A stretch of 54,787 nucleotides of DNA. Source: a virus. Lineage: Duplodnaviria > Caudoviricetes. This document shows positions 9,107 to 17,202 of the stretch, in pieces (position 1 is the stretch's first letter; the number at the start of each line of letters is the position of its first letter). Under the pieces are notes generated by a model. The model was given only the letters and a program-made list of their open reading frames with translations, was not told the origin of the DNA and did not search any database. The position numbers and the translations under genes are program-made. Location of the stretch: IMG/VR virus record IMGVR_UViG_3300037233_000021, positions 1 to 54,787 of that record. One strand, given 5' to 3'.

Positions 9107-9237
9107 ACGTCTACACAGTATCCAAGAAGGTCCGCGCGCTCGTGTACTGGCTCGACACCAAGGGCTACTACTACACCGGCAACGTGGTCTGGAATCTCTT
9201 CTACCGCGCCCGCAAGGCCATCTACGGTGGCATATGA
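9103..9237 (+). CDS. Small early hypothetical protein (44 aa)
   Basis: MNVYTVSKKV..; ATGA overlaps on both sides. Confidence 0.7.
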   Translation: MNVYTVSKKVRALVYWLDTKGYYYTGNVVWNLFYRARKAIYGGI

Positions 9238-9353
9238 GCGCCCGCACAAAGGAAGTCCTCTACTGGGCGCTGGTAGCTGTGCTCACGGTGCTGTTCGTTC
9301 TTGCTGTGTCTGGCTCGGTGGACGGTGTCGGCGACATGGCAGTCTACGGGTAG
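9234..9353 (+). CDS. Small single-TM early protein (39 aa)
   Basis: MSARTKEVLYWALVAVLTVLFVLAV; ATGA coupling. Confidence 0.65.
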   Translation: MSARTKEVLYWALVAVLTVLFVLAVSGSVDGVGDMAVYG

Positions 9354-9354
9354 T

Positions 9355-9383
9355 TTGACACGACTCCCGAGAGCGCGTATAAT
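9355..9383 (+). promoter_or_regulatory. sigma70 early promoter P2 (perfect consensus)
   Basis: TTGACA-N17-TATAAT. Confidence 0.9.
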
Positions 9384-9406
9384 CCCGAACGTCACCTGGA
9401 GGTCAC

Positions 9407-9502
9407 ATGTCACGCAACTCCCTTCGCTCACTCAACGCCCTGGTCGCACGAATCGACGCGACCTTCTTCAAACTCATCCTTAAAATCGCAGGAGTCAAAT
9501 AA
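9407..9502 (+). CDS. 31-aa early peptide
   Basis: GGAGG RBS; MSRNSLRSLNALVARIDATFFKLILKIAGVK; TAATG overlap. Confidence 0.65.
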   Translation: MSRNSLRSLNALVARIDATFFKLILKIAGVK

Positions 9503-9825
9503 TGTCAGTCGCAGCACGCCAACTGGTAGATATGCTCGTAGTTCGTCGCTTGATCGACAGCGCAGCCAAACAGGGCTGGGCGCTCACGCACATCAGTGAC
9601 GGCGACGAGGAACACAAGGTAGACAGCACCGAGGAAGCGCTCGGGCTGATCTTCAACCTGGACGACGCGCAGCTGAGCTTCAAGCGCCTGGGTAAACGCA
9701 ACCTCGCCGATGTGATCGAGTCCATATACTCCTGGTGTAACAGGCTGGACGCTGGCCTCAAAGGCAACAGCGCGCAGCGCGACAGACAGGTGATGGAAAT
9801 TCTCAACTCACTGGAGATCAAATAA
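9502..9825 (+). CDS. Early hypothetical protein
   Basis: RBS and coupled start. Confidence 0.75.
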   Translation: MSVAARQLVDMLVVRRLIDSAAKQGWALTHISDGDEEHKVDSTEEALGLIFNLDDAQLSFKRLGKRNLADVIESIYSWCNRLDAGLKGNSAQRDRQVMEILNSLEIK

Positions 9826-9826
9826 C

Positions 9827-9889
9827 ATGGGACGCACACCCACAGCACCGTTCTACCTCAAGGTGGAACGCTTCGTGGTGCAGGCATGA
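9827..9889 (+). CDS. 20-aa early peptide
   Basis: GGAG RBS; MGRTPTAPFYLKVERFVVQA; ATGA overlap. Confidence 0.45.
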   Translation: MGRTPTAPFYLKVERFVVQA

Positions 9890-10101
9890 ACGCAGTAGAG
9901 ATGTACGGCGAGACGTTCTTCCGGGTGTACGGTAAGTACCCTGGTGCGAAGCGCTGGTCGCCGATGGACCTCCAGTCAGGCAGCTGCGTCGGCAACCTGA
10001 TATATGCGACCTTCTTCGACAGCGAGGCACAGGCTGATGCTGCGGTCGCTGAGGCAACCCGATTGAACCCCGAATGGTCATTTGAAACGAGGAAAGTATG
10101 A
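9886..10101 (+). CDS. Early hypothetical protein
   Basis: Coupled ORF chain. Confidence 0.75.
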   Translation: MNAVEMYGETFFRVYGKYPGAKRWSPMDLQSGSCVGNLIYATFFDSEAQADAAVAEATRLNPEWSFETRKV

Positions 10102-10337
10102 GCGCCAAGATCTACAACTTCGACGACTACAAGCGCAAGCGCATCCTGGAGGCTGCGGCCAAGCTCGAAGCTCGCGCGGCATACCTGCGCGCGAACAAGC
10201 GCGGCACACCCCGCACAGACGAGCAGGTGACTCTCGCCTGCACTGAGTACCAGGACGCCCTGCGCCAGTGGCAGGACAACCACATGGACGGCTCGGACTG
10301 CGGCTGCTCGAATGGGCAGAGCCGGTGGTTCCAGTGA
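10098..10337 (+). CDS. Early hypothetical protein
   Basis: Coupled ORF chain. Confidence 0.75.
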   Translation: MSAKIYNFDDYKRKRILEAAAKLEARAAYLRANKRGTPRTDEQVTLACTEYQDALRQWQDNHMDGSDCGCSNGQSRWFQ

Positions 10338-10618
10338 GCGAGTATAATGTCGGTCGCTACTTCACTCCAGGCGAGACTGGGCAGCTTGCCTGCTGCCTAT
10401 ACCGCGCGGGTCGCACCCGCCTGCACATCCTCGTGATTGAGTCATCCGGTGTGATCGTACTGACGCCGCGCCTGGACGAGGCCAAGTTCATCACGCCGCT
10501 GCTGCACAAGTCTGACCCGTACCCGCTTGACAGGGCCGTCAGGCGGTTCAGGGCTGCGGGCCGCACCCTGGGCATCACTGAGGGGGCGAAAGCCGAACTG
10601 GAGAGGGCTGCGTCATGA
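10334..10618 (+). CDS. Early hypothetical protein
   Basis: GTGA overlap start; coupled chain. Confidence 0.7.
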   Translation: MSEYNVGRYFTPGETGQLACCLYRAGRTRLHILVIESSGVIVLTPRLDEAKFITPLLHKSDPYPLDRAVRRFRAAGRTLGITEGAKAELERAAS

Positions 10619-10848
10619 AGGACCCAGGCAACCCTGACTTCTCGGACCTAGAGAACCTGGGGGATCTGCGAGGAGATCCCCTGGGGCCGGTGCATCAGGT
10701 AGCGGCTGGCAATGCCTTCTCCCCTGGTCCGCGTATGATTCCCTGCAGCCGGTGCAAAGGCACTGGCAACCATCCCTGCGGTCGCTGCTTCAAGTGCCAG
10801 GGCTCAGGGAAGATGCTGGCACCGAAGCGCGGTATGCGAATAGATTGA
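10615..10848 (+). CDS. Small protein with DnaJ-type zinc-finger repeats
   Basis: CSRCKGTG and CFKCQGSG (CxxCxGxG). Confidence 0.7.
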   Translation: MKDPGNPDFSDLENLGDLRGDPLGPVHQVAAGNAFSPGPRMIPCSRCKGTGNHPCGRCFKCQGSGKMLAPKRGMRID

Positions 10849-10873
10849 CACCCAGCAACCAACCCTGTACAAT
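10845..10873 (+). promoter_or_regulatory. sigma70 early promoter P3
   Basis: TTGACA-N17-TACAAT followed by ACTAGGAG RBS. Confidence 0.85.
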
Positions 10874-10897
10874 CCAACCTCCAACTAGGAGATCATC

Positions 10898-11104
10898 ATG
10901 CTACTCGCAATGTACGACACCAAGAAGCTCTGCAAGTCCCACACGGGCGAGCCCCTGCGCTACCGCGAAACCTCGATGTTCGGTACCGAGTACCGCTCTG
11001 ACGGCGTACTGACGGTGGCGCACCGCCCGCACATCACAGGCACGGGTCGCGAATGGTTCGCTCGCATCACGATGAAGGGCGGGTTGATCGCGAAGGTCGA
11101 ATAG
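10898..11104 (+). CDS. Early hypothetical protein
   Basis: RBS; GEPLRYRETSMFGTEY..GREWFA motif, which I recall from small phage early proteins. Confidence 0.8.
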   Translation: MLLAMYDTKKLCKSHTGEPLRYRETSMFGTEYRSDGVLTVAHRPHITGTGREWFARITMKGGLIAKVE

Positions 11105-11112
11105 AGTATAAT
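11084..11112 (+). promoter_or_regulatory. sigma70 early promoter P4
   Basis: TTGATC-N17-TATAAT. Confidence 0.6.
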
Positions 11113-11135
11113 CGAATCTCAACAGCTTGGAGGCT

Positions 11136-11405
11136 ATGCCAATGAAGAGCGCTTTTGAAACCGGGCGCAGCGAACACTGCGCCGAGCAGATGACTCAGGG
11201 TCAGGCTGCTATCGTCCTCACCGGGTTCGCCCCGGTAGGTTCCAAACTCTGGATTGAGGCCCGCGCGGTATTTAAACGCATGCGCGAGCGCTACGCTGTA
11301 CAGGACGCCTGTGCAGAGGCTTACCACTTCGGCTTAAAAGATGGCCGCAAGTCGAAGCGCCTGGAGATCAGCTGTGAACAGATCAAAGCGGGCCAGCGCT
11401 CATGA
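11136..11405 (+). CDS. Early hypothetical protein
   Basis: GGAGG RBS before the ATG at 11136. Confidence 0.7.
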   Translation: MPMKSAFETGRSEHCAEQMTQGQAAIVLTGFAPVGSKLWIEARAVFKRMRERYAVQDACAEAYHFGLKDGRKSKRLEISCEQIKAGQRS

Positions 11406-11620
11406 ACACCTTCCAAGACCTCAACGCCGGTGACCGCGTGCGCTTCATGCGGACCAACGGCATAGGGCGCAACGGAGTCGAATGGGTCGAGGCCACCGGC
11501 ACCGTGCTCAAGTACCTAGCCTTCGCGAACCACGTAGTCGTGGCGGTTGCAGGAGGAAAGGGCAACCCCTACGTAGTAGACGCCAAGAACTTCAAGGCAG
11601 TCGTGAGGAGGATCGCATGA
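11402..11620 (+). CDS. Early hypothetical protein (small beta-barrel-like)
   Basis: LNAGDRVRF start; coupled. Confidence 0.75.
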   Translation: MNTFQDLNAGDRVRFMRTNGIGRNGVEWVEATGTVLKYLAFANHVVVAVAGGKGNPYVVDAKNFKAVVRRIA

Positions 11621-11784
11621 ACACCATAGATTTTGAGGCTCCCCTGATGACCCTCGCTGACGCCTTCCGCGACCTGGATCAGGCCGAGTCAGAGTCAATC
11701 AAGTACCGCCAGGACGCTGAATCCGCACGCGAGGAGCGCGCGAGAACCGCCGCCAAGAAATACTACGACCGACAGGAGAAATAA
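11617..11784 (+). CDS. Early hypothetical protein
   Basis: GAGGAGG RBS; ATGA overlap. Confidence 0.7.
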   Translation: MNTIDFEAPLMTLADAFRDLDQAESESIKYRQDAESAREERARTAAKKYYDRQEK

Positions 11785-11785
11785 A

Positions 11786-11965
11786 ATGTTCAGCTGGATG
11801 TTCTGGAAGATCCCGATCACTGGTGTACGCATCCGTTACACCGGGCCGATCAACTCTGACCGCGCTCGCGCGTCGCTACAGGGAAAGCTCTGTGTTGCTC
11901 GGGTGTACGCTCCCCCCGCCATCCTGCAGAAGAAGCTGAAGAAGCTGAAGAAGGCCACATCATGA
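11786..11965 (+). CDS. Early hypothetical basic protein (59 aa)
   Basis: AGGAG RBS; MFSWMFWKIP..KKLKKLKK. Confidence 0.6.
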   Translation: MFSWMFWKIPITGVRIRYTGPINSDRARASLQGKLCVARVYAPPAILQKKLKKLKKATS

Positions 11966-12141
11966 AACACAAAGACACACTGCGTCGCGAAGCCATCGAG
12001 CGCCTGGAGCGCACACCTACCAGCAGCGGCAGCACGCGCCGCGAGCGCAATGGCATCTCTGAGACCGAGGACGAGGTTGTCGCCCGCCGCAACGCGGAGG
12101 CCGCGCGCCTGCGCGAGAAGTTCGGGAAGCTTATCAAGTGA
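11962..12141 (+). CDS. Early hypothetical protein (59 aa)
   Basis: MKHKDTLRREAIERLE..; coupled both sides. Confidence 0.65.
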   Translation: MKHKDTLRREAIERLERTPTSSGSTRRERNGISETEDEVVARRNAEAARLREKFGKLIK

Positions 12142-12377
12142 CAGCGCGCAACGTAACTCATGGCATGAAGGTCCAGGAGCGGCACCGTAAGAACGCCGCA
12201 GGCGATATGGTCCACTACGTCGAGATGTGGTGCCCGGTGGAGCGAGTCCTGCCGCCGCCAGTCGATCTGCCTACCAAGGTAGTGTTCGAGGAACCTCCCC
12301 CTGAGATGACGATCCGCACCCGTCTCAGGTTCGAGGCACGTACCCTGTCCGAGATGATCCTGCCCTGGAGAAAGTAA
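12138..12377 (+). CDS. Early hypothetical protein
   Basis: GTGA overlap. Confidence 0.65.
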   Translation: MTARNVTHGMKVQERHRKNAAGDMVHYVEMWCPVERVLPPPVDLPTKVVFEEPPPEMTIRTRLRFEARTLSEMILPWRK

Positions 12378-12607
12378 TGCTAACCCTAATCGTATTTGGT
12401 TCTACGGCTGATACGGAGGTCGAGACCTCCGGCAGAGGGATTGCTGTCCAGCAGTTCATCTACGACCGCCTGTGTAATTCAACCCTGTGCCTGCTCCAGG
12501 TACAGTTCCAGCCAGGACTATTCGCTGCCCTGAAGCGCTGGTACACGGACCCGTTCTCTAAGGCTCTTCCGGGCGAGCTGCTCTACTACGGGGCGGACCC
12601 TCGATGA
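12377..12607 (+). CDS. Early hypothetical protein
   Basis: TAATG overlap. Confidence 0.65.
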   Translation: MLTLIVFGSTADTEVETSGRGIAVQQFIYDRLCNSTLCLLQVQFQPGLFAALKRWYTDPFSKALPGELLYYGADPR

Positions 12608-12690
12608 CCTGGAGAGACTGGCTCACGCTCGCATCCCCGCAGCTTGCTATACTGGCTGCATGGTTTATCTATCTGGAGTACCACCTATGA
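12604..12690 (+). CDS. 28-aa hydrophobic peptide
   Basis: MTWRDWLTLASPQLAILAAWFIYLEYHL; ATGA overlaps both sides. Confidence 0.45.
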   Translation: MTWRDWLTLASPQLAILAAWFIYLEYHL

Positions 12691-13193
12691 AGCTCAGTAA
12701 CCTTCCACCCGGCGTGACCGACGCAGCTATCGAGCGGCAAGTTGCCGACGACGATGGTATGGCTATCCAGCCGGAGCTGGTAGAAGGCACGCTTGCTGAT
12801 CTGGTCCCACCCAAACCCAAGTACCCGAACGCGCTCGCGGAGATGTGGAACGAGACCCTGTTCTCACGCATCCGAGCTGGCAACTTCAAAGGCTTCCGTG
12901 GCATCCAGACGAAGCGCCATAGCGGCGTCAGCGCGCGCACCCACGGGCGAGAGATCGAACGACTGAAGGAGATGGGTATGACACCAAAGCAAGGGCGCGG
13001 TCTCGTACCGGCGCATGGACTGGGCTCGATCAACGTCGAGAGCGATGCGGTAGAGCTGGCGCGAGTCGGCAAGTACCCCGAGGCGATCAAGCTCCTGGAG
13101 AGCTGGCAGCCACACTACATGCGCCATCACGAGCGCAAGGCATACCGCCTGAACTTCTGGCGTTCACGGCTACTGCATGTGGTGCAAGCATGA
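12687..13193 (+). CDS. Hypothetical protein (alternative start 12660)
   Basis: SNLPPGVTDAAI N-terminus; GGAG RBS. Confidence 0.7.
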   Translation: MKLSNLPPGVTDAAIERQVADDDGMAIQPELVEGTLADLVPPKPKYPNALAEMWNETLFSRIRAGNFKGFRGIQTKRHSGVSARTHGREIERLKEMGMTPKQGRGLVPAHGLGSINVESDAVELARVGKYPEAIKLLESWQPHYMRHHERKAYRLNFWRSRLLHVVQA

Positions 13194-13528
13194 ACATCGC
13201 CGAAGCACAACGCAGGATGGAACAGGCCGAGCAGGCGGGGCGAGACCTGCAGGCGCTGGTCGATTCACTGACGGCTATGATAGCAATCATGGCACAGCAG
13301 GTGTCCTTGCAGCGCGCCGCGATATGGGCAATGATGTCCCAGGCAGCAATGGATGAGGTCTCTCAAGATCCTGTGAAGAATCCATGGCTCGGGCTGAAGT
13401 CTGAGTTCGCCGGGAAGATCAACCCGCTGGTGGTTGCGCTGAACAAGATGATGGGTGTGAAGGTAACGCCGATCCCTGAGGGTGCGGCCAAGTCAGTAGT
13501 GGTTGCAACTGAGATGCCGAGGAGGTAG
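13190..13528 (+). CDS. Hypothetical coiled-coil protein
   Basis: Last ORF of the plus island. Confidence 0.7.
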   Translation: MNIAEAQRRMEQAEQAGRDLQALVDSLTAMIAIMAQQVSLQRAAIWAMMSQAAMDEVSQDPVKNPWLGLKSEFAGKINPLVVALNKMMGVKVTPIPEGAAKSVVVATEMPRR

Positions 13529-13594
13529 AATACTCGCATTGCGCGATGTCGCGCAGCCCAGCCGGGTCCGCTCCTACCCCGCTGGAAGACTTAG

Positions 13595-13621
13595 GCCCTG
13601 GTCACTCCGGGGCATTTTTTT
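13595..13621 (+). terminator. Rho-independent terminator of the plus island
   Basis: GCCCTGG-TCACT-CCGGGGC followed by a T-run. Confidence 0.75.
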
Positions 13622-13680
13622 ATCTCACCACAATCACGATGATGATGATGAGTAAGATGAGTCCGATACTGATGCCCATA

Positions 13681-13842
13681 TTAGTGCGTGCCGTGAAAGG
13701 CTCCAATTCCAACCAGCCAAGCCAGTATCAAGAATGAGAAGGATGCCGTCATCCAGTTTATGCTCCACGTTGCGGGAGGCTTGATCGAGATGATCATGCA
13801 CACCAGCGCCAGGATCAGACAAATCCAGTGAGCGTCAATCAT
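13681..13842 (-). CDS. Small two-TM membrane protein
   Basis: MIDAHWICLILALVCMII..FSFLILAWLVGIG; TAATG coupling. Confidence 0.65.
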   Translation of the reverse strand: MIDAHWICLILALVCMIISIKPPATWSINWMTASFSFLILAWLVGIGAFHGTH

Positions 13843-14132
13843 TAGCGCCGATCCCCATGACTGTGTCCGCCGCGATGCCAGCCACCATGACCACGGTCGC
13901 CGTGATTCCAGTGACCATGCCCGTAGCCGCCGTGACCGTAGCCGTACCACTCTCGATCCCATCCGTTACCAGTCCAGTAGCCGCAGTCTCCATTGTAGAA
14001 ACCGACCGGGCCAACATACACACCGCACGGCAGTCCCAGGTCGATACCAACACTGACGTCTGCTACCGCAGGAGCCGCGAGGAATCCAGCAGACAGAGTC
14101 AGACCAACGAGCATAGCGAAAAAACTTTTCAT
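13842..14132 (-). CDS. Secreted Gly/His/Trp-rich protein
   Basis: Signal peptide (..APAVA/D); GHGG-rich C-terminus. Confidence 0.75.
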   Translation of the reverse strand: MKSFFAMLVGLTLSAGFLAAPAVADVSVGIDLGLPCGVYVGPVGFYNGDCGYWTGNGWDREWYGYGHGGYGHGHWNHGDRGHGGWHRGGHSHGDRR

Positions 14133-14133
14133 G

Positions 14134-14358
14134 TTACACCACCTTTGATGCTGCGACTGCCGCGAGGACTGCTGCCGGTGAGGCAACAACTGGGGCCGCA
14201 GGTACGTGAGCTGCTACGACTGCCGGAGCGAACTTCGTCACGACAGAGTTGAGGTCCGCCTGGGCAGATGCGAGCTGCTTATGCAGCCAAGTGTACCCAA
14301 CGGTTGCGCCGACGACGGAACCAACGACGAAAGATACTATGACAGAAATTAAATCCAT
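14134..14358 (-). CDS. Small single-TM protein
   Basis: N-terminal hydrophobic helix, Ala/Val/Pro tail. Confidence 0.65.
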   Translation of the reverse strand: MDLISVIVSFVVGSVVGATVGYTWLHKQLASAQADLNSVVTKFAPAVVAAHVPAAPVVASPAAVLAAVAASKVV

Positions 14359-14369
14359 AGGTGCCTCTA

Positions 14370-15089
14370 TTATTTACTCAGCTGCTTCACGAGCTGACGC
14401 TGTTCGATGTCGATCATCTCTTTGTGCGTGACGAAGTCACCAGTTGGGACCGCCACCACGTCTGGAACTACACACATGTCTTCGAGTGCCTGCCCACAGT
14501 TGTCGCCTAGAGTTTTCTTCACGAACGAGATGTCGCACGCTACTGACTGGGCAGCCAGAGGAGCATTTGACTCGCAGAAGAATTTGACTAGTTCGAGCTT
14601 CGCGCAGTCATCGTCCTTCCTGGACTTGCCGAACGATCCGCCCGCGATCAGGAGCTGTAGGCCAGCGCCGTCCGTGAACCGGCAAGACGCTGTCGTCTGA
14701 CCGTAACCTGCGATGGCCGTCATGGCGAGCCGAGGGGACGTGAAGTTCGAGCCAGTCTGGGTCACGCCGTTGTTGACCGCTGAGCCGCCTTTGCCGCCTT
14801 CAGCGACTGCCTTAGCATCGCCACCTGTACCACCCTGAGCTACACCACCCTGAGCTACAGAGCTAGACTGCGCTGCGCCGCCCTGGATGACTGCGCCGTT
14901 ACCTGATCCCAGGCCATTGACCGTGGTCGTGCTGGTGCTGGTGCTGGTAGCTGTATTGTTGTTGCCAAACACGTTGCCGCTCGCGACGTTTCCGGTGCCG
15001 GTGTTGTCCAGCGTTGGAGGAACCTGTGCGAAGGCTGACCCAGCGCACAAGAGAACTAATGCAGCGGCTATTCTGACAGTGTTTTTCAT
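14370..15089 (-). CDS. Secreted protein with G/S/T/N-rich linker and Cys-rich C-terminal domain
   Basis: Signal peptide MKNTVRIAAALVLLCAGSAFA; GAGAGG RBS. Confidence 0.75.
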   Translation of the reverse strand: MKNTVRIAAALVLLCAGSAFAQVPPTLDNTGTGNVASGNVFGNNNTATSTSTSTTTVNGLGSGNGAVIQGGAAQSSSVAQGGVAQGGTGGDAKAVAEGGKGGSAVNNGVTQTGSNFTSPRLAMTAIAGYGQTTASCRFTDGAGLQLLIAGGSFGKSRKDDDCAKLELVKFFCESNAPLAAQSVACDISFVKKTLGDNCGQALEDMCVVPDVVAVPTGDFVTHKEMIDIEQRQLVKQLSK

Positions 15090-15186
15090 TAATGTGTACC
15101 TCTCAACCAGTATGCGCTGATTGGTCTGTGGTTTACCGCACATAGCTGCAGGCCACTGATATTACTCAAACCTTAGTTGAAACTCA

Positions 15187-15651
15187 CTACACCACGGCCT
15201 TACAAACGGCAGGGGTTAGAGCGCTTTCGACGCCCAGAGAGTTGAAGGAGACCATCGCGATGCAGTGATTGCCCAGCGGGATATCGGTGAACTCGTAGAG
15301 GAGCTGGCCGAGCCCAAGGGATACCACGGTGACGGAGTCGAGATAAATCCTCACCCCGGCGAGGTTCGCGAGTGCCGAGCCGTCCGTGTTCATAGTTGGG
15401 TCCGCCCAGGCTACCGTCATGACGCCGGTCGTAGGCGCGGGCAGGGTGACTACAGGAGGGATGACGACAATGGGAACAACGACCGGAGGGATGACTACTG
15501 GTGGGATGACCACAGGAGGCACGATAACAGGCGGAAGGATAACGTGCGGGGGCGATGTTACGACCGGAGGGGCAGGCGTGGCTGGAGTGCTTGAGCCTCC
15601 ACATCCGGTGAGTACCAGGATAGTAGCCGTGCACGGCACGAACCAACGCAC
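15187..15651 (-). CDS. Lipoprotein with Pro-rich stalk and fibronectin type III-like domain
   Basis: Lipobox LTGC; (V/I)xPP repeats; VAWADPTMNTDGSALANLAGVRIY..FNSLGVES. Confidence 0.75.
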   Translation of the reverse strand: MRWFVPCTATILVLTGCGGSSTPATPAPPVVTSPPHVILPPVIVPPVVIPPVVIPPVVVPIVVIPPVVTLPAPTTGVMTVAWADPTMNTDGSALANLAGVRIYLDSVTVVSLGLGQLLYEFTDIPLGNHCIAMVSFNSLGVESALTPAVCKAVV

Positions 15652-15702
15652 GTTACCAGCCGCTCGTATCCGCCGCCAGAAACCCGTCAGCGCCCTTGCG
15701 CA

Positions 15703-15912
15703 TTACCGCTTGTCAGCTGATTGGTAATCGAGGATCTCGGAGCCACTGGTGCCCTTCTTGCCCTTGCCGCCGCCAGCGCGCGCTTCCGCCGCCGCCGAAC
15801 CTTCACCGCTGTACGACTTGCCGCCGCTCACCGAGCTGGCAGGCTTGACGCCGTTCTTGGCAGCACCGGCTGTGTTGCCGCGCCGCTCGTCTTTCATTGC
15901 TCTACCGGACAT
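15703..15912 (-). CDS. Small Gly/Lys/Ala-rich protein
   Basis: AAGGAG RBS; extended -10 upstream. Confidence 0.65.
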   Translation of the reverse strand: MSGRAMKDERRGNTAGAAKNGVKPASSVSGGKSYSGEGSAAAEARAGGGKGKKGTSGSEILDYQSADKR

Positions 15913-15938
15913 GTGTGATGGCTCCTTGGTTGATCCTT

Positions 15939-15949
15939 ATTCTAACACG
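15939..15949 (-). promoter_or_regulatory. Extended -10 promoter
   Basis: CGTGTTAGAAT. Confidence 0.5.
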
Positions 15950-16010
15950 CCCAGGAAGCCCCAGGCGCGGCGTACCCAGGTTGGGAGCGATCACCCCCAG
16001 CCAGGGAGCG

Positions 16011-16219
16011 CTAAGCCCCTGGGTAGAGCTGTGCCTTCCATCCTGCCTCGATCTCATCGAGCTTCTGGCGCAGGTATCGCAGCGCACCAGGGTCGCGGAT
16101 CACAAGCACCACTTCACTTCCTTGTGCTCAGCCCAGTCCTGAATCGTAATGGTTGATTCATCCCATCGAGGGGTAACGGTGACGCCACCGATGGCCGCTC
16201 TGAGTCTACGTGTTCTCAT
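16011..16219 (-). pseudogene. Small gene apparently split by a 5-bp tandem duplication
   Basis: Removing one GAAGT copy (16111-16120) gives a clean 67-aa ORF. Confidence 0.4.
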
Positions 16220-16472
16220 GTGCAAGGTACTCCTTTTCGAGCGCAAGGATGCGCTCCGCGAATTTACCCTTCCCGTACTTGTGCCCGCCGCGATCCTCTA
16301 TGCCAGCGTTGTAGCTGCGCAGCGCGGTCAGCTCTGCAGCCCGCTCCACCAGGGTAGCCAGGATGACTGGGGGCCGACCTACCAGGACTGGGCGCGCGCG
16401 GACGCCGACGTCCTGGGTATGGTGCTGGTCTGTGTCTTTGATTCTGGTGCGTTTAGCCATACATCCTCTCAA
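16206..16472 (-). CDS. Hypothetical protein
   Basis: Part of the coupled minus-strand chain. Confidence 0.55.
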   Translation of the reverse strand: MRGCMAKRTRIKDTDQHHTQDVGVRARPVLVGRPPVILATLVERAAELTALRSYNAGIEDRGGHKYGKGKFAERILALEKEYLAHENT

Positions 16473-16749
16473 GTAACCCGGCGCGAAAAGCGGGGTGCCG
16501 GATGGGGGTCATGTGTTTAGCGGTGGCTCCTCGCCGACGCCGCGCGTTCCTCACCTGTCCATGCCGAGCTGCCCACCGGGCGTATGCAGCCCTGAACTGC
16601 TCCGGCTTCAGCTTGCGCTGTACCGCCATCTGAGCGTTGCGCCTCGCGCGGTACGCTGGGGTGCTGCGGTATTTGCGCTGAGCCCTCAAGCGCCTGAGAG
16701 GATGCGCGGCGCGGTAGCGCGCGTCCCTGGCAGCCCTATTTCTGGTCAC
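16453..16749 (-). CDS. Arg-rich protein resembling the helical N-terminal part of HNH endonucleases, no nuclease motif
   Basis: R/A-rich YRAAHP..KPEQFRAAYARWA; GGAGG RBS. Confidence 0.5.
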   Translation of the reverse strand: MTRNRAARDARYRAAHPLRRLRAQRKYRSTPAYRARRNAQMAVQRKLKPEQFRAAYARWAARHGQVRNARRRRGATAKHMTPIRHPAFRAGLLERMYG

Positions 16750-16825
16750 GTAGACGCTCCTCCATTGTCCGCGGACGTATACGTGTCTGTCACCACCTGT
16801 ATAGAAAAGGGCCTTTTTCTATCCA

Positions 16826-17065
16826 TTATCGAGCCAACTCAATCAGTAAGGCGTCGGCGAGAGTCACGGCAGCTGCAGCGAACTTGAGTGGTGCGTCGCG
16901 CGCAGCTGCATCTGCCAAGAGCCCGATCAGAGCTTGACCAGCGATCCACTCACGCTTGGACATGAGGTTAACAGGCAAGTTGCCGTTGTCGGACCCCTGG
17001 TCAGAGAGATCTTCATCTTCATTGCGTTTGCGTAGAGCTGCCTGAGATTCAGTTATGGATGTCAT
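16826..17065 (-). CDS. Conserved small phage protein
   Basis: MSKREWIAGQALIGLLA..AVTLADALL motif. Confidence 0.75.
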   Translation of the reverse strand: MTSITESQAALRKRNEDEDLSDQGSDNGNLPVNLMSKREWIAGQALIGLLADAAARDAPLKFAAAAVTLADALLIELAR

Positions 17066-17202
17066 TTCTTCACTACCTTTGCGCCATTGCGCCAGCCGGG
17101 TTGCTCACGTTTGATTGCGGCGAGTTCCTTCGCCTCGTAGCGCTGGCCTCCTAGCTTCCAGCGGCCAACAGTCGTCTTGGGTTTGGTATCACGGTCTATC
17201 AT
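17062..17202 (-). CDS. 46-aa basic protein
   Basis: GGAGG RBS; ATGA overlaps both sides. Confidence 0.55.
   Translation of the reverse strand: MIDRDTKPKTTVGRWKLGGQRYEAKELAAIKREQPGWRNGAKVVKK

Noticed and set aside
11926-11953. GAAGAAGCT tandem repeat as a regulatory or contingency locus
   Set aside because: An in-frame 9-bp repeat encoding KKLKKLKK within a small ORF
16801-16822. Palindrome ATAGAAAAGGGCCTTTTTCTAT as a terminator
   Set aside because: AT-rich stem without a proper GC stem plus U-tract; function unsupported
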